Source of the DNA: Prorocentrum cordatum
Taxonomy: Eukaryota
Direction: 5' to 3'
DNA length: 64,000 nucleotides
NCBI GenBank assembly: GCA_963575745.1
Contig: CAUYUJ010000037.1
Location: 434,001-498,000, forward strand
Part shown: piece after piece, positions 1 to 13,810 of the stretch
Layout of the letters: every line of letters starts with the position of its first letter
How positions within the stretch are numbered: the first letter of the stretch is position 1
Notes under the pieces: generated by a model
The model's input: only the letters and a program-made list of their open reading frames with translations
What the model was told of the DNA's origin: nothing
The model's database searches: none
Position numbers and translations under genes: made by a program

Positions 1-1599
1 TGATGGCGAGCAGCCTGGCTCCCAAGCAGAAGGAGAACCAAGCCTCACGGATGAAGATCACCGCCCAGGTCGAGCGGAGAAGCGCGGGGCAGGAGACGCC
101 AGCATCGCGTCCGTGGCCACAGAGGACGTCGTGCAGATCTGGGCCCCTGGGCGCAACTCCGCAAAGAAGGCGAGCCACCTTCCAACTGGGCGATGGGGCA
201 GCTCGCGGAGGCGGCTTCCTGCCTGCAGAACACGATGCACCACAGGACCGAAGACGGGTCTGCACGCGCTGGCAGAGGGTCGGGCGGGCGACGCTCGACC
301 GCGCGCCAGCGGCTTAGTATGCATGGCCCGCGCTCGCAACTCCTGGAGGCACCCGAGCTGCTCAAGACGACGCGCGCCTTCGAGACGTTCAACGCGAATC
401 AGGGTAAGAAGACCCTGTCAAGACGTCTCCGCGTGCCCACTGCAATGTTCATCTTGGCACAAATGACTGGGCATCGTTTGGGCGACTGCGCGAGTCCTAA
501 GCTCGCGGTCCACGGCTCACGGATGGCATGCCCTATGGTTCCAGTCCAAGCGGCCAAGGGGCACTTACGGTCTGCTGGGGTTGCAGTGTTTGCGAGGGAA
601 GGAGTCGGACATCGAGGGCCGACTTGCCAAATTGATGCCCCACAGCGACGCGCCAGAGATGCGAATGCTAAGATCGCCCATGGCTCACGTACGTTGGAGG
701 GGCGAAGATCACGTCGCGGGTTGCGAACGGGCCTTTCCTCCGGGACTACACGCGGTCTCTTGAAAGAGGTTTTGCTGTGGAAGCCCTTCGTGCGGCGAAG
801 GAGGAGACGGCAACGGTGGCGTGGCGCTTTCTATTTAAAGCACGGGGTAAATGGGCCCTTCGAGCTGCGATGCGATTTGGACATCTCACTGGCGCGGATG
901 TCATGGCCAGCTCCTATGCGCGTTCGCTGCAATCACAGTGGGTTGAGCGATTTCACGAGAGTGCTTCTGGCGAGGATGCGCAGGCGGTTGCGGACGGCTG
1001 GAAGTGGCTTCAGGACAGTGCATGGGCTGGTTGCTGCGAAAGCTGGAGCCAGAACTGCCGCGGGGCGACTCACCTACGACGACGAGGTGCAAGGGGTCCT
1101 TGCTGTAGAGTACATCGGGCAGAATTTCAACGCGAGATTGGACTCCTCGGTGCAGCAAGCAAGGCGGTCAGTCTAGAGTGCTTGCACACGCGATGAGATC
1201 GCCAACCTATCGGAGGATTCTGATGAGGAGATCGGCTACGCCATGCAGCCCGCCAATAAGGATTCCAACAAGCGATGGAAGGTATTGCGTGATGGTGCCT
1301 GCGCTGGAGGAGCAAGCAAGTCTCACCGACTTGCACGAGCCAGAGACGCGCAGGCGCCCACGATAGCAAATGATGCGAGCACGGAATCACCAGACACCCG
1401 CATTACATTGGGAAGTTCATGGAGGACAAGCACGCAGCACATCGGAAAGCTACCGCGGCGGCCCCATAGGCATGGATCCCTGACCGATCAACCCTTAATC
1501 GGCCGACACCTGAGGACATCGAGAGGGCCTCCATCTCCTTCAGCGCGAAGTCCCCCAGCAGCCTCGACGGCTTCCATCCCGCCCACCTGCAGCACCTGA

Positions 1600-2770
1600 G
1601 TGACGACGCGCTGGAAGCCTTGCGCAACATCATGCTGGCATGCGAAGCACGGGTTGTTTCCTGCGCAGCTCGCGTGGATGGTGATGCCGATTTTACCCGT
1701 GGCAGAAGGTGGACACAGGATCATTATGTTATATTCAATGGCATATCGAGTATGGCAGCGACTAAGGAAGCCTGCGCTGTCCCGCATACAGCAGCAGCGG
1801 GTGCGGCGATTCTGGGGCGCGGCAAGGAATACAAGCGCGATTGGTCGCGCCTGGCAAGTGGCAGCGGAGGCGGAGCAGAACGCATCCGTTGGGCGCTACA
1901 CAGCTACGAACATCGCAGACTACAGCAAGTACTCTGAGACCATCTCCCTGGATGAATCGAGGGACAAGCTGGTTCGACGGGGCACGTCAATGGCAGCGAC
2001 GGAGGTCATCTACAATCAATGGAAAGGACCTCGAAACATCCGCCGAAGCCAGCACCATGGATCGCAACCACGACGTGCGCATGATGGGCTTACTGTTGGA
2101 GATGGATATGCCGATGCGGTCATCAAGGCGCACGCTCTGGAGCAATACGATCGACATGTCATCTCCGCCCCCTGGTGAGGTTCCCGTCCTCCCACATTGA
2201 CGACACCTCGCTGGGCGTTTGTGGTGATGCCAAGGACAGCGCGGTCTCGCAGGCGTTGCAGGCTGGGAAAGACTTCTTCGCCACCGCTAAGCGCCTCGGA
2301 GCTCGGCTCAGCGAGAAGCCGGCGGTCGTTGCCGGCTCGGTCAGCACCGGCAGGGACATCGTCAAGCTCCTCGGTCTTGAGCGCAACATGAACCAGAGGA
2401 GCGCCACCTACCTGGGCACGGACATAGCAGGTGGACGGCGTCGGCCGGCAAAGCGCACGAGGAGGAAACACCTAACCAGACTGCGAGTTTACAGACTACG
2501 CCTTAAGGAGTTCGGGCGCTACAGACGACGACGTGACGACTCCCTGGGCACAAGATGCACAGGGCGGGTAAGATGCGCCGCACTGGAGCCCGACCAGCAG
2601 CTACATATGGAGTGGAGGTCAACGGGCTGTCAGATGCGGAATTACACATACTACGGCGTGACTGTGGGAGATTCTTCAGACCACGCCATGGCGGGGCCTC
2701 CGCAACTGCGAAGATGGCACTGGCTGGGGGCCCCACGGTCGCTGCAGCGATGGCTCCAGCATTGCAGTGA
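1600..2770 (+). pseudogene. Reverse transcriptase domain of the LINE, frameshifted
   Basis: ORFs 1600-2178, 2175-3059 and 2555-2770 carry consecutive RT and thumb motifs, including YLGTDI and PAATYGVEVNG, in different frames. Confidence 0.8.
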
Positions 2771-3439
2771 TCTCGAATGTGTTGGACAACTGCATCGCAA
2801 CCAAATCAAGCTCCTGTTCCACTCGCGCTGCTTCCTACAGGGTGGAGGCGGGCAGTGTAGTCGCCATGGCTCTGCAGCAGCTGGGGTAATACCAGAGGGC
2901 CGCTGCAATGTGCAGCGCCCCCCGTCCGGCGAGCAGGATGGAAGCCCAAGACGGGGCTACTCGCGACGCTGCGGCCCGGGTTTTCGGAGCCATCGTGAGA
3001 AGGCGCCCGCTAACAAGATGGGACTAGGTGATGAGACGAGGATGACCTTCAACATTTAGCGCCCATGATCTCTGCCACTAGCAAACGATACGCGGCCCAC
3101 CAGAAGTTCTGCTTGATGAATGCGGCACGTGGCGGGGTATGGACCCAACGGCGGGCTCAGCTTGTTGGGCACCGATCCGACGGGAAATGCCGGTGTGGAG
3201 CTGAAGACACCGCCCTTCATCGCCTCGCCGACTGCGCGCGACCTGAAGCACAGCAAGCTCGAGCAGAAGCTGAGGTCCCAGCGGCGATGCCGGACATGAT
3301 TCGGCAACGAAGGGATGGGCCCAGGTTCGTGCAAGGGGCTGTCGCCCATCCAACATCAGCCGCCCCACCCCTGGACCTCGGCATCAGACGCGAGATCTTC
3401 GATGCGCATGGAATTGCCAAGGATGCCCCTGGCCCAAGA

Positions 3440-3930
3440 TGCCCTCGCAGCTGAGGGCGAATGCGCGGGGTTTGCCGTCGATGGGTCCTGCGCCAAGCCA
3501 CCAATCCGCGAGTTCCAGCGAGCTGGGCGGGGCCTCGTGATCCTGGGCCCGCGATCCAGCGCGCTCCGATGCTCCGCGCATGCGCCTGTGCCCGCTTCGC
3601 TGCCACAATCTTCGGCCATGGGCGAGCGCTTGGGCGCAGCCTATTGTCTCGCAGATCGCCGACCGCCCTTGTCGGACCCGTGCGGGTTTCACTGGAGTCA
3701 TCAAGCTTGGCAACAAGGCCAACGATCACCAGGCGAAGAGCGAGACCCCCTACAGATGCGTTGCTCGCTTCGCGCAGTCGATGGATGGCTTTAAGTACGT
3801 CCAGCAGCGTTATCACTTCAAAGCGCACAGGTCATGGGGCGGAATGCGAAGCCTTATCTGCTAGTCAGCGCAGGCTGACGGACGCCACCATCGCGGCAGA
3901 CGCGAGGGCAGAGCTCGCCACCACCATGCA
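3440..3930 (+). pseudogene. RNase H-like domain of the LINE, frameshifted
   Basis: DGS at 3480-3488, then RAGxG, PxPxxxPQSSxxxE, HFKAH and AD..A motifs spread over three frames. Confidence 0.7.
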
Positions 3931-5487
3931 CGCGGCGACCGAGGGGCATTTCGCGGCGGAGATGGACGAGGCGGCCACCAGGATCGGCAAGATTGCGCAC
4001 CTCGCCGCCAATGTGCCCCCAATATTCGACATGGACGACCAGATAAGTTGGACACGGCGCCCAGTTGCGCACCGTCGAGCTGCCAGCACCAGGAAGGAGT
4101 CATGGCACCATTGGAAAGAGGGTGATCTAGGTGTGCAATGCGATACTTGCCTGCAACTACATACCCCTGGGGCAGAGCTTTCGCTCGCAGGTTGCGGAGG
4201 TTCCCCAGGCTTCCTGAAGGACTGCGTGCAGAACCCTCGAGGGCACAGGCTGGTCGCCGCCAACCAGTGGGGGGCCCCCGACAACAATGACATCGCCAAG
4301 TCTGTTTTCATATGCGTGAGATGCGGCGCCTGGGCGCAGCAACGCCGACGGCTGAAGTTACGACTGCCATGCGCAGCGGCCACCACGAAAGGCCTGGAGG
4401 TCCCGAGCAACCTGAAGAAAGGAGCCGGACCCCACAAGAAGCTCGGGCGTTTCATCGACGCGAACACCCCCATAGGCAAGCCCCGCGCGGGCACAGTGGC
4501 TAGCATGTCTCACAGCAAGTTTGACATCACCAAGAGCAGCAACTCGGAGGTGGAGAGCTCTAGCGTCTACGAGGGAAGAACGGCAGCACTTCATCAGCGA
4601 GTTCGAGGAGAGGAGCTACGACCCAATGATGCAAATGAGGAGAAGAACGCCATGCTAGGCAACGCGATGCGCGGCGGCCTGTCCCACGTGCCCGCGAAGC
4701 CAAATGATGGCCACGCGAGCCACCACGGCGACGTCGCAGAGAGCCTACCCCACGGCATAGCCAAGTCCGGCGAGGTTGATGCCGTGACCACGGAGGTTTT
4801 CGACCACCAGATCATCGGCCTTGGGAGCGACTCCGTCGTCGGGGAGCCGCTCTGCCAAGGTGCGATGCCGGCGAAGGTGGGCTGGCGGATGCTGCCCTTA
4901 CTGATGCCCCTGCCCCAAGGGGCGCGCCTTCCCAAGCTGCGGGATCCGCTCCCTCTGGCAGGGGGCCCCGACGAGAACACCTACCTCGACAAGGCGCGCC
5001 TCCCGCCGAGTGGGCAGGAGGGCGCGGGGGGATGCGGGAGATTCAGCCTCCGCCCCCCCCATCGCGGCAGCTGGAAAGTGGCGGTGGGGGAGGTCCAGTT
5101 GGCGCGAAGCGAGTGCCGACCAGCTTCAGGCCTTCTCCCAACGGGGAGAATGGTTCGCCTAGGGTCAGAACCAGCGAAGTGGTGGACGCTGGGCACCTGA
5201 GACCCCCAGCGGTGGAAGCCCAAGCTGTACGCGGTGGAGAAGGCCATGCAGCTCAAAGAGGAGCTGGACGCGGAGCTGGCCGCAAAGTTCGAAGGCGCGA
5301 GCATGGGCGGTCAGGCCCCACCACGCCGACCGAGGCGATGAGCTTCAAGGAGCCCGTGGCCGTGGCGACAGGAAGTTCGAGGGTTAGCTCGAGCTCGTGA
5401 TGCCCGTGGGCCAGGTCGCGCCCCCCCACTGAGGATGGGGCTGGGCGGGCGCCCGACCCTCGACCTCCCGAGGCCCGCGAACTCAGG

Positions 5488-5866
5488 TTCCTCCTCCTCC
5501 TCCTCCTCCTCCTCCTCCACCTCCACCTCCACCTCCACCTCCACCTCCTTCTCCTCCTGTTCCTCTTCCTCCTCCTGCTCCTCCTCCTCCGCCTCCTCCT
5601 CCTCCTCTCCTGCTCTCCACTCCACCTCCTCCTCCTCCTCCTCCTCCTCCTCCTCCTCCTCCTCTCCTCCTCCTCCTCCTCCTCCTCCTCTCTCCTCCTC
5701 CTCCTATTCCTCCTCCTTCCTCCTTTCCTCCTCCTCCTCCTCCTGCTCCTCCTCCTCCTCTCCTCCACATCCTCCACATCTCCTCCTCCTTCTCATCCTC
5801 CTCCTCTCCTCCTCCTCCCCCCTCCTCCTCCTCCTCCTCCTCCTCCTCCTCCTCCTCCTCCACCTC
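5488..5866. repeat. (CCT)n microsatellite
   Basis: Imperfect CCT/CTC triplet run seen directly. Confidence 0.97.
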
Positions 5867-7219
5867 CCAGGCATGCTACGGGGCGCTTCCGCGCCCGCAG
5901 AATCAGCGCGTCCGCGCGTGAGCCCGCGCGCGAGCCGACGAGAACGAGAGAGGTGGCAACAAGACAACTTCAGGACAGCCCCCGTCCAAGCAAAGCAAGG
6001 ATGCATGGACGCGAGCATGCCGCCACCGAACGAGAGGGGGAAAACCGAAAAAAACAGAGTGACGTCATGTGCATCCTTCATTCCTGGTCCTCTTAAGCCA
6101 TTTCTTCTTGTCATACCACGAGGCTGGTCGAACGGGTGGGCTGGGCGTCGTCGCCTGAGGCTCCCGAGCCACGCATGCTCCTGACGCTGAAAAGTTACAG
6201 CGCGTTGGGCGGATTCACGGATGGAGGGCGGGTTGTTTTTAACGTGTGGTTTTCGCTTCAGCGTCGCGCGCGCTCTTCTCAAACGAATTACACATATATT
6301 CCAAACGTAGCAACAACTTCACGGATGGATTGCGGGCAGTTTTCAAAATGCGTCTGTGGCCCCAGAGCCGCGCGCAGCCGCTTTAAGCAAGTGCAAGAGC
6401 TTCACGGATGGATGGTGTGTGTGTGTTTTGATGTAAATGTGGCTATCGCTCTAGTGCCGCGCGAACTCGTGTTTCCAGAGCCGGAAGAGTTTCACGGATG
6501 GGAGGCGGCCTGTTTTCAAAATGTGGTTCTCATGGATAACGTCCCATACATAACGTTTTGGCACGATGTCGGATCGTCGGGGTGCAACACGTACATTGGA
6601 TCGTGGTGCGGAAGTCCCATGAATAGTGTTCTGGCATGGCCAGGGTCGTTAAGATACCAGAGTAACGGTGCTTCGCGTCGCTGAAGTCCCAGGAAGGTGG
6701 TGTTTTGGCACAGATCAGAATTGTCAAACGGTTGTTTTCCAACGGGGCACTTCCTTCAGTGAATCTTTGTAGGGGCCTATGGAAAGGGAGTTCGGGGGGA
6801 GGGTTCATTTCAATATCGTTGCTGAGTCTTTGGTTTACACTGGTCCTCCTCCGCATCCCCCCTCCAGCTCCTCCCCGTCCCCCTCCTCCTGGAGCCAGGT
6901 ACGAACCGCTGTCGCATGCCCTGCAGCTCAGCGTCGCCAGCGCGCACGGCTCCCAGCGCAGCCCGCGGGTCGGCCTCGCTGCCCAGGTGGAGCCAGACCC
7001 AGGCCCTTATCGGGTGATAGAGGGGAGCTTGCACCACTCTGCGCACTCCCTGAGATCCGGGCGATGTATTTTTTTGGCATCGGGCGTTTTTGCACAGTTT
7101 CGGGGCAACCATCACAGATCGATCTGGCTCGATCTGGCTCGATCTGGTCGGGCGTCGCGCGGGCATCGCGGCGCGTCTTGGAAGCTTCTGGATCTGGGGC
7201 GATCTTCGCGAATGTGAAA

Positions 7220-7733
7220 ACACGCAGGACCCTGGCAGAACACAGGGGCATGGCAGAACCCGCAAAAGCACGGCAGAACACCGCAGAACACGCAGAACAC
7301 CCAGGATCACGGCAAAACACAAAGGAGCACGGCAGAACGCACAGGAGCATTGCAGAAGACATTGAACTCAGGAGCGTGGCAGAACGCGCAGGAACATGGA
7401 CGAACACAGGAGCAAGGCATTGGAGCACGTCATAACGCACAAGAGCACTGCAGACCACGCAGAAGCACGGCCGAACGCACAAGAGCACAGCATAACACAC
7501 AGGAGCACGACAGAGCACACAGAAACACGGCAGAACACACAGGGGCACGGCAGACTACAAAGAATACGTTGGAGCACGGAAGAATTTTCAGGAGCACGGC
7601 AAAACACGCAGGAACGCAGGAAAACACCCAGAACATCTATTCACACAGCCGCACGCATGGGCACACGCGCACACAGGCACACGCACACACAGGCACACGC
7701 ACACGCACACAGACACGCAGGCACATACACACA

Positions 7734-7768
<35 letters not shown>

Positions 7769-7900
7769 GCACGCGCACACAGGGAGGCAACATACATACA
7801 CGCAGGAGCACGGCAGAGCAGCACGGCACAACACAGCAGTGCTGCAGAGGCACGCATGCGCGCGCAAACGCACGCACACCACGACAGACTTGTGCAGCAC
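7220..7900. repeat. Degenerate GCACGGCAGAACAC-type minisatellite grading into (CA)n
   Basis: Recurrent gcacggcagaacac/acacaggagca units; (CA)n at ~7735-7765. Confidence 0.85.
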
Positions 7901-7979
7901 ATGCGAAACAACGTATGATATCTCATAAACCCAGGGCACAATACGACGCTTTCCGTTCTTGTCCGGTCAGGTTCCCTAG

Positions 7980-10900
7980 AAAATCGCACCTCCTGGGAGA
8001 GGCCGAAAACCCTTGCACAGGGAGCCCCGTTGAGACCTGCGCCCTTCTCACGGGGGGGGGCCAAACAATCTGTCGCAAGGGGCCCTGAGCTCTCCAGAGC
8101 GCTCTCACAAGGGTCCAAGGGGGGCCCGACACCTTCTCGCAGAGGGCCTTGCGCCCCCCCCCCCCCGGGGGGCTCCAAACAGTCTCGCAGGGGGCGCTTC
8201 ACCTTCATTACAGCGGGCGGGGGGTGGGGGGCAAAGCGGGGCACAAAAACATGTTCGAAAGGGTTGGCGAGCCCCTAGACTGAATCGCCCCTGAAAGGCC
8301 AAAACCGTCACACAGGGAAGGGACCCAGGGCCCTTTCACAGGGGGGCCGAAACCCTCCCGAGGGGGGCAGCAATGCTGCCGCACGGGGGGCAGAAGGCTC
8401 TCACGGGACAGGGGGGCCAACACCCTCACAGGGTTTACGGGGGGGGGGGGGGGCAACAGAAACGCTTTCGCAGGGAAGCTCAAATCCTCGCACGAGGGGC
8501 GAACGCCTTCCCACGGGGGCGTTCCGAATCCTGTCACCAGGAGGCACGCATCTCCGCGCAGGGGGCCCAACATCTTTTCCACAAGAGGGACCGACACCCT
8601 TTCACGAGGGGGCCCAAAACCGTTTCATGGGGTGCACAAACTCCATCGCGCAGGGCCAACATGTTTTCGCGGGGGCGCAGAAACCCTTCTACGCATGGCC
8701 GAACATGCATGTTCCAACAATTAACCCGGGGCCCTCTCGCGGGGGGGGGGGGGGGGCAGACCCCACTCGCAGGGGGCCGCGGACCTTTTCGCGCGAGGCC
8801 ATGCGCCGTCTCACAGGGGCTACAAACCCTTTTTCAGAACATCTTCACAAGGGGGGCCCAACTCTTTTCACAGATAACACAACACCGATTCACAGGGGGA
8901 CCCAAACCCTCCCGGGGGCCCATACGTTCTCACAGGAGTCCCGAAACCATCTCACAGGGGGGGCAACATCTTTTCATCGGGGGCCCAAACCGTTTCGCAG
9001 GGGACCCTGGAACATTCTCACGCGGGCCCCGAACCTTTTTCACGGGTGCCCCAAAGCGCTCATGTTCGAGTCAATCCTTCCCTCAGCGGGGCGCATGAGT
9101 GATCTTCAGAAGTGGGGCTGGTGCCACCGAGACAAGACACCAGACGGGAAACAGCTGCAAATGCTGTGGTGCGTTGTGGCCGTCGACGAGACACTTAGAG
9201 TGCGTTTGCGCTCGTTTTCGCTTGTATCGCGAGGACCGACATGATTGTTGCAACCTGCCAGCAAGCTATCACGGGTGCGCCAGGGCCCCTCTCGCAGGGG
9301 CGCTCCAAACCGTTTTGCAAGACGTGAGCGAGGTTTGGAAGAAACGCGGTTACGGTACCAACGTCAGGCACGAGCTCCGGGAGCACCGCCTCAAGACACA
9401 GTTCGCGAGAAGTTGGGTCAGCATGAAACGAATGATATTGATGTTGAGGGCAGCTCTCCCCGAGCGGGGTTTATCTTTGCATCCTACAAAGTGCAAGGTA
9501 CAAGCGACTCGAGACGATTTCTCGCGGCGCGGGCAGGTGTGCCTAGCTGAAGGATTCTCCATCGAAGTTATGCAACCCGGGGAGACCTTGGAACTCTTGG
9601 GAATGGTGCTGTCTCTACAGGACTCCACCGGACCAAAGATTGCAAACCGGATCGCCGTTGGATGGAGGAAGTTCTGGGCGCTGAAAAAGTTGCTTCTCAA
9701 CAAATCAGTTTGGATCAGGAAAGATTGTTTGTTTTCCCCCGACAGCACGGTCGCAGGAATAATCATGTGGTCATCAAAGTCGTGGTCACCGAGGGCTGAA
9801 GAAGTTAGCAAATTGAGAGTCGCGCGACACACGATGTTACGACGCATGGTTGGGTTACCAGGGGCAGCGATGAGCCATGGGTTGATTGGGTGCAGAGAGC
9901 AACGTGCAAGGTCCGGCGCCTTGCCCGAGAATGCTCGGTGAAGGAATGGGCCCCCGAACGCTCCAAGAGGGAATGACGGCGGGCAGGCGAAGCGGCGAGG
10001 AAAGATCAGGGATAATGGGTTTGGAAAGTTACAGATTGTCGAGGTTCGGAATGGCAGGCCGCCGCCAGTGAGCTCGGCGCACTGCGTCTCCGGAGGCCGT
10101 CGTGTCGCAGATGGATTGCGGTTCGAAGACAATATCAAGCGGTTCTGTGTTGACCAAGATTTGCGCGCGTGGAAAGTGACTGCAGCTGGGGAAGTTTGGC
10201 AGCGACACCGGGGCGTGGTCGTGAACTGGGCGGCGGAGGCCAAGTTCGACAGTTGAGACCTCAATGGAGGTCCTGCCCCGCGCGGGCCACCCTGGCAGGA
10301 CTTGATCCTTATCCCTATCCAAACCTTTTTGCATGGCGGGCCCAACGCCCTCTCATTGGGGGCCCGAACCCCCCCCCACAGGGGCACCCGAAACCCTCCC
10401 ACAGGGGGGCGCGCCACCCTCTCGCAGGGGGGGGTCCAAATCCTGTCGCAGAGGGGATTCGACACTCTGCAACGGGGGCCCAACACCCTCCCGGGGGGCC
10501 CAAAACCTTCGCGCAGAGGGGGCGCACGGGGGGGGGCAACACTTTCGCGCTGGAGTCTCAGGGGCGTTCAAGACCTTCGCGCGGGGGGGCGCAGAAGGGG
10601 GCCAAAATCCCCGCGCTGGAGGACACGCGGGCGCCCAAAACCTTCGCATTGGGGGGCGCAAGGGTGTTCGGAAGGGGCGCAGAGGGGGGCCCAAATCCGT
10701 CGCGCCGGAGGGCACAGGGGCACCCAAAACCATTGCACAGGGGACCAAGACCTTGCCACAGGGGGCCCAAAACCGGCGCGCCCGGGGGCACAGGGGTGCC
10801 CAGAACCTTTGCACAAGGGGGCCCGACACCCCGTCACAGGGGAGCCCAACACCTTCGCGCAGGGGCGCCCAAAACCGCGTCACAGGAGGCCCGAAACTTA

Positions 10901-11570
10901 AGGGAGCACAGGGGGCGTCCAAAATCTTCGCGCAGGAGGGCCAAGAACCGCATCGCAAGACGGCCCAGAACCCCTCGCGCAAAGGTGCCCAAACCGTGTC
11001 ACAGGAGCGCGCGTCACAAGGGTTCCCAAAACCTTGCCACTGGGGGCCCAACACCGGGCGCAGGGGTACCCAGAACAGTGCCACAAGGGTGTCCGAAACC
11101 GCGCCACAGGGGCGCCGAAAACCGCGCCACAAGGGTGCCCAAAATCGTGCCACAGGGGACTCAACACCCGGCCACAAGGGTGCCCAGAGACGCGCCACAA
11201 GGGCGCCCAAAACCTTCGCACAGGGGTGCCCCCAAAATCTCGCACAGGGGGGGGCATTTCTTGTCGCAGGGGGCGCGCAATTCCCCGCCACAGGGGGGGG
11301 CCAAATTCCCTATCACAGGGGGTGCCCCATGCCCTGTCACAGGGGGGGGGCGATTCCCTGTCGCAGGGGGCGCTCGATTCCCTGTCACAGGGGGTGCCCA
11401 ATTCTCTGCCGCAGGGGATGTTCGATTCCGTGTCACAGGGGGTGCCCAGGTTCTGGTGACACGGGGTGCCCAGTTCCCTGACACAGGGAGGGCCCAATTC
11501 CCTGACAGGGGGTGCCCGACTCCCTGTCTCAGCGAGGTGCCCAACATCCTGTCACACGGGAGGGGGCCCA
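7980..11570. repeat. Degenerate CACAGGGGG(T)GCCCAAA minisatellite, interrupted by an RTE-like LINE fragment
   Basis: Repeated (c/g)cagggggcccaaa-like units at ~7980-9055 and ~10321-11570. Confidence 0.8.
9060..10320 (+). mobile_element. 5'-truncated, decayed RTE-like LINE (C-terminal half of RT)
   Basis: Motifs VRQG(d)PL, GLSLHPTKCKV, LELLG, IANRIAVGWRKFWALKKLL, STVAGIIMWSSKSW and MLRRMVG. The 3' end has short ATCC(T/C)T tandem repeats (~10306-10320), as typical of RTE-clade tails. Confidence 0.8.
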
Positions 11571-11717
11571 AACGTATCGTAAGAACAAGTCACGCGTTCT
11601 TAAACACAGCTGGGCAAACAAACAGCTTCCTCGTATCATACTGCCCACCCTCCCGCATCACCAGATCGACTCGTCCTTGCCGTACGAACGGCTCACGGAA
11701 TCGTCAGAACAGGCAAC

Positions 11718-12264
<547 letters not shown>

Positions 12265-12291
12265 GGGTTGACCTCCGTCTGTTTGCCCAAG

Positions 12292-12557
12292 GGCGCGCCT
12301 GGCGCTGCTGGAGCGCTTGGCGCGCCTGGCGCACCTGGCGCACCTGGCTCACCTGGCACACCTGGCGCACCTGGCGCCGCTGGCGCACCTGGCTCACATG
12401 GCGCACCTGGCGCGCCTGGCGCACCTGGCGCGCCTGGCGCGCCTGGCGCACCTGGCGCACCTGGCGCACCTGGCACACCTGGCGCACCTGGCTCACCTGG
12501 TGCACCTGGCGCGCCTGGCGCACCTGGCGCACCTGGCGCCCCTGGCGCGCCTGGCGC
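12292..12557. repeat. 9-bp tandem repeat (GCGCACCTG)n
   Basis: About 29 copies of a 9-mer; it translates as Gly-Ala-Pro on both strands. Confidence 0.95.
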
Positions 12558-13733
12558 ATACGAAACAAATACGAAACGCATGCGAACCGTATCCGAAACA
12601 TACACGAAACGCATAGGACATGCATACGAACCGCACCCGAAACATCTACGAAACGCATACGAACCATGTACGAAACGCATACCAAACATATACGAAGCAG
12701 ATACCAACCACATACGAAACACATACGAAACATGTTCGAAACTTAGACGAAACGTATACGAATCATATACGGAACGCATCCACAACGTATACGAAACGTG
12801 TACCAAACGCATACGAAACATATACGAAACGTTTACGGGACATCGGCGGAACACAGACGAAACATGTACGACACTTATGCGAAACATGTGCGAAACAGAT
12901 ACGAACCGTTGACGAACCATATACGAATCCTATACGGAACAAATACGACGTACACACGAAACATATACGAATCAGCTACGAAACATATACGACACATATA
13001 CGAAACATATACGAACCGCATACGAAACATCTACGAAACATGTTTGACACCTATACGGAACAACTACGAACCGCATACGAAACATATGCGAAACATACAC
13101 GAAACACCTGCGAAACATCTGAGAAACCTATACGGCATATATACGAAACATCTCCGACACATATACGAAACGCATACGAAACATATACGAACTTGATACG
13201 GACCATATACGAAACATATACGAAACAGATACGACACTTATACGAAACGTATACGAAACATATACCATGTACGAAACATATACGACACATACACGAAACG
13301 CACACAAAACGTATACGAAACATACGCGAACCACGTGCGAAGCGCATACGAGCCATATACGAACCACATACGAAACATATACGAAGCATATACGAAGCAG
13401 ATACGAAACATCTACTAAACGTATACGACACATCCACGACACATCTACGACACCTATACGAAACACATACGAAAGATATACGAAACATTTACGAAACACA
13501 TACGAAACATCTACGAACCATGTATGACACATCTACGAAACATATACGATACACGTGCGATACATATACGGGACATATACGACACGCATACGAAACATCT
13601 ACGGTATACGAAGCACCCACAACACACATACGAAATATTCACGAAACATCTACGGCACAGCTACGAAACATCTACGTAACATTTACGAAACATACACGAA
13701 ACATACACGAACCATACACGAAACATATACGAA
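12558..13733. repeat. Degenerate TACGAAACATA minisatellite, left block
   Basis: Dense ~10-12-bp acgaaacatat units. Confidence 0.95.
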
Positions 13734-13810
13734 CTTACTGGCCCCTCACGGGAGCCGTGCCCCAATGCGTCTCCAAGACCCGGGGTGTGCGCCCAGATCC
13801 GTTGACGATC

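Larger units (their letters stand above)
1..5487 (+). mobile_element. Degenerate non-LTR retrotransposon (LINE) with endonuclease, RT, RNase H and Cys-rich C-terminal remnants; 5' end probably outside the window
   Basis: Frameshifted + strand fragments occur in the expected order: endonuclease-like SAGVAVFAR (~570-600); RT-like LPVAEGGHRIIMLYSMAYRVWQRLR, ADYSKYSETI, GLTVGDGYAD and HIDD (2193-2204, YxDD equivalent); RNase H-like AVDGS...RAGRG...PQSSAMGE...HFKAH...AADARA; then CDTC...GHRL...CVRCGAW. It ends at a (CCT)n tract. Confidence 0.85.

Noticed and set aside
12620..13733. Long YETYTKHIRN-repeat ORFs (also 20711-21430)
   Set aside because: Translation of a stop-poor minisatellite that is open in several frames and on both strands.
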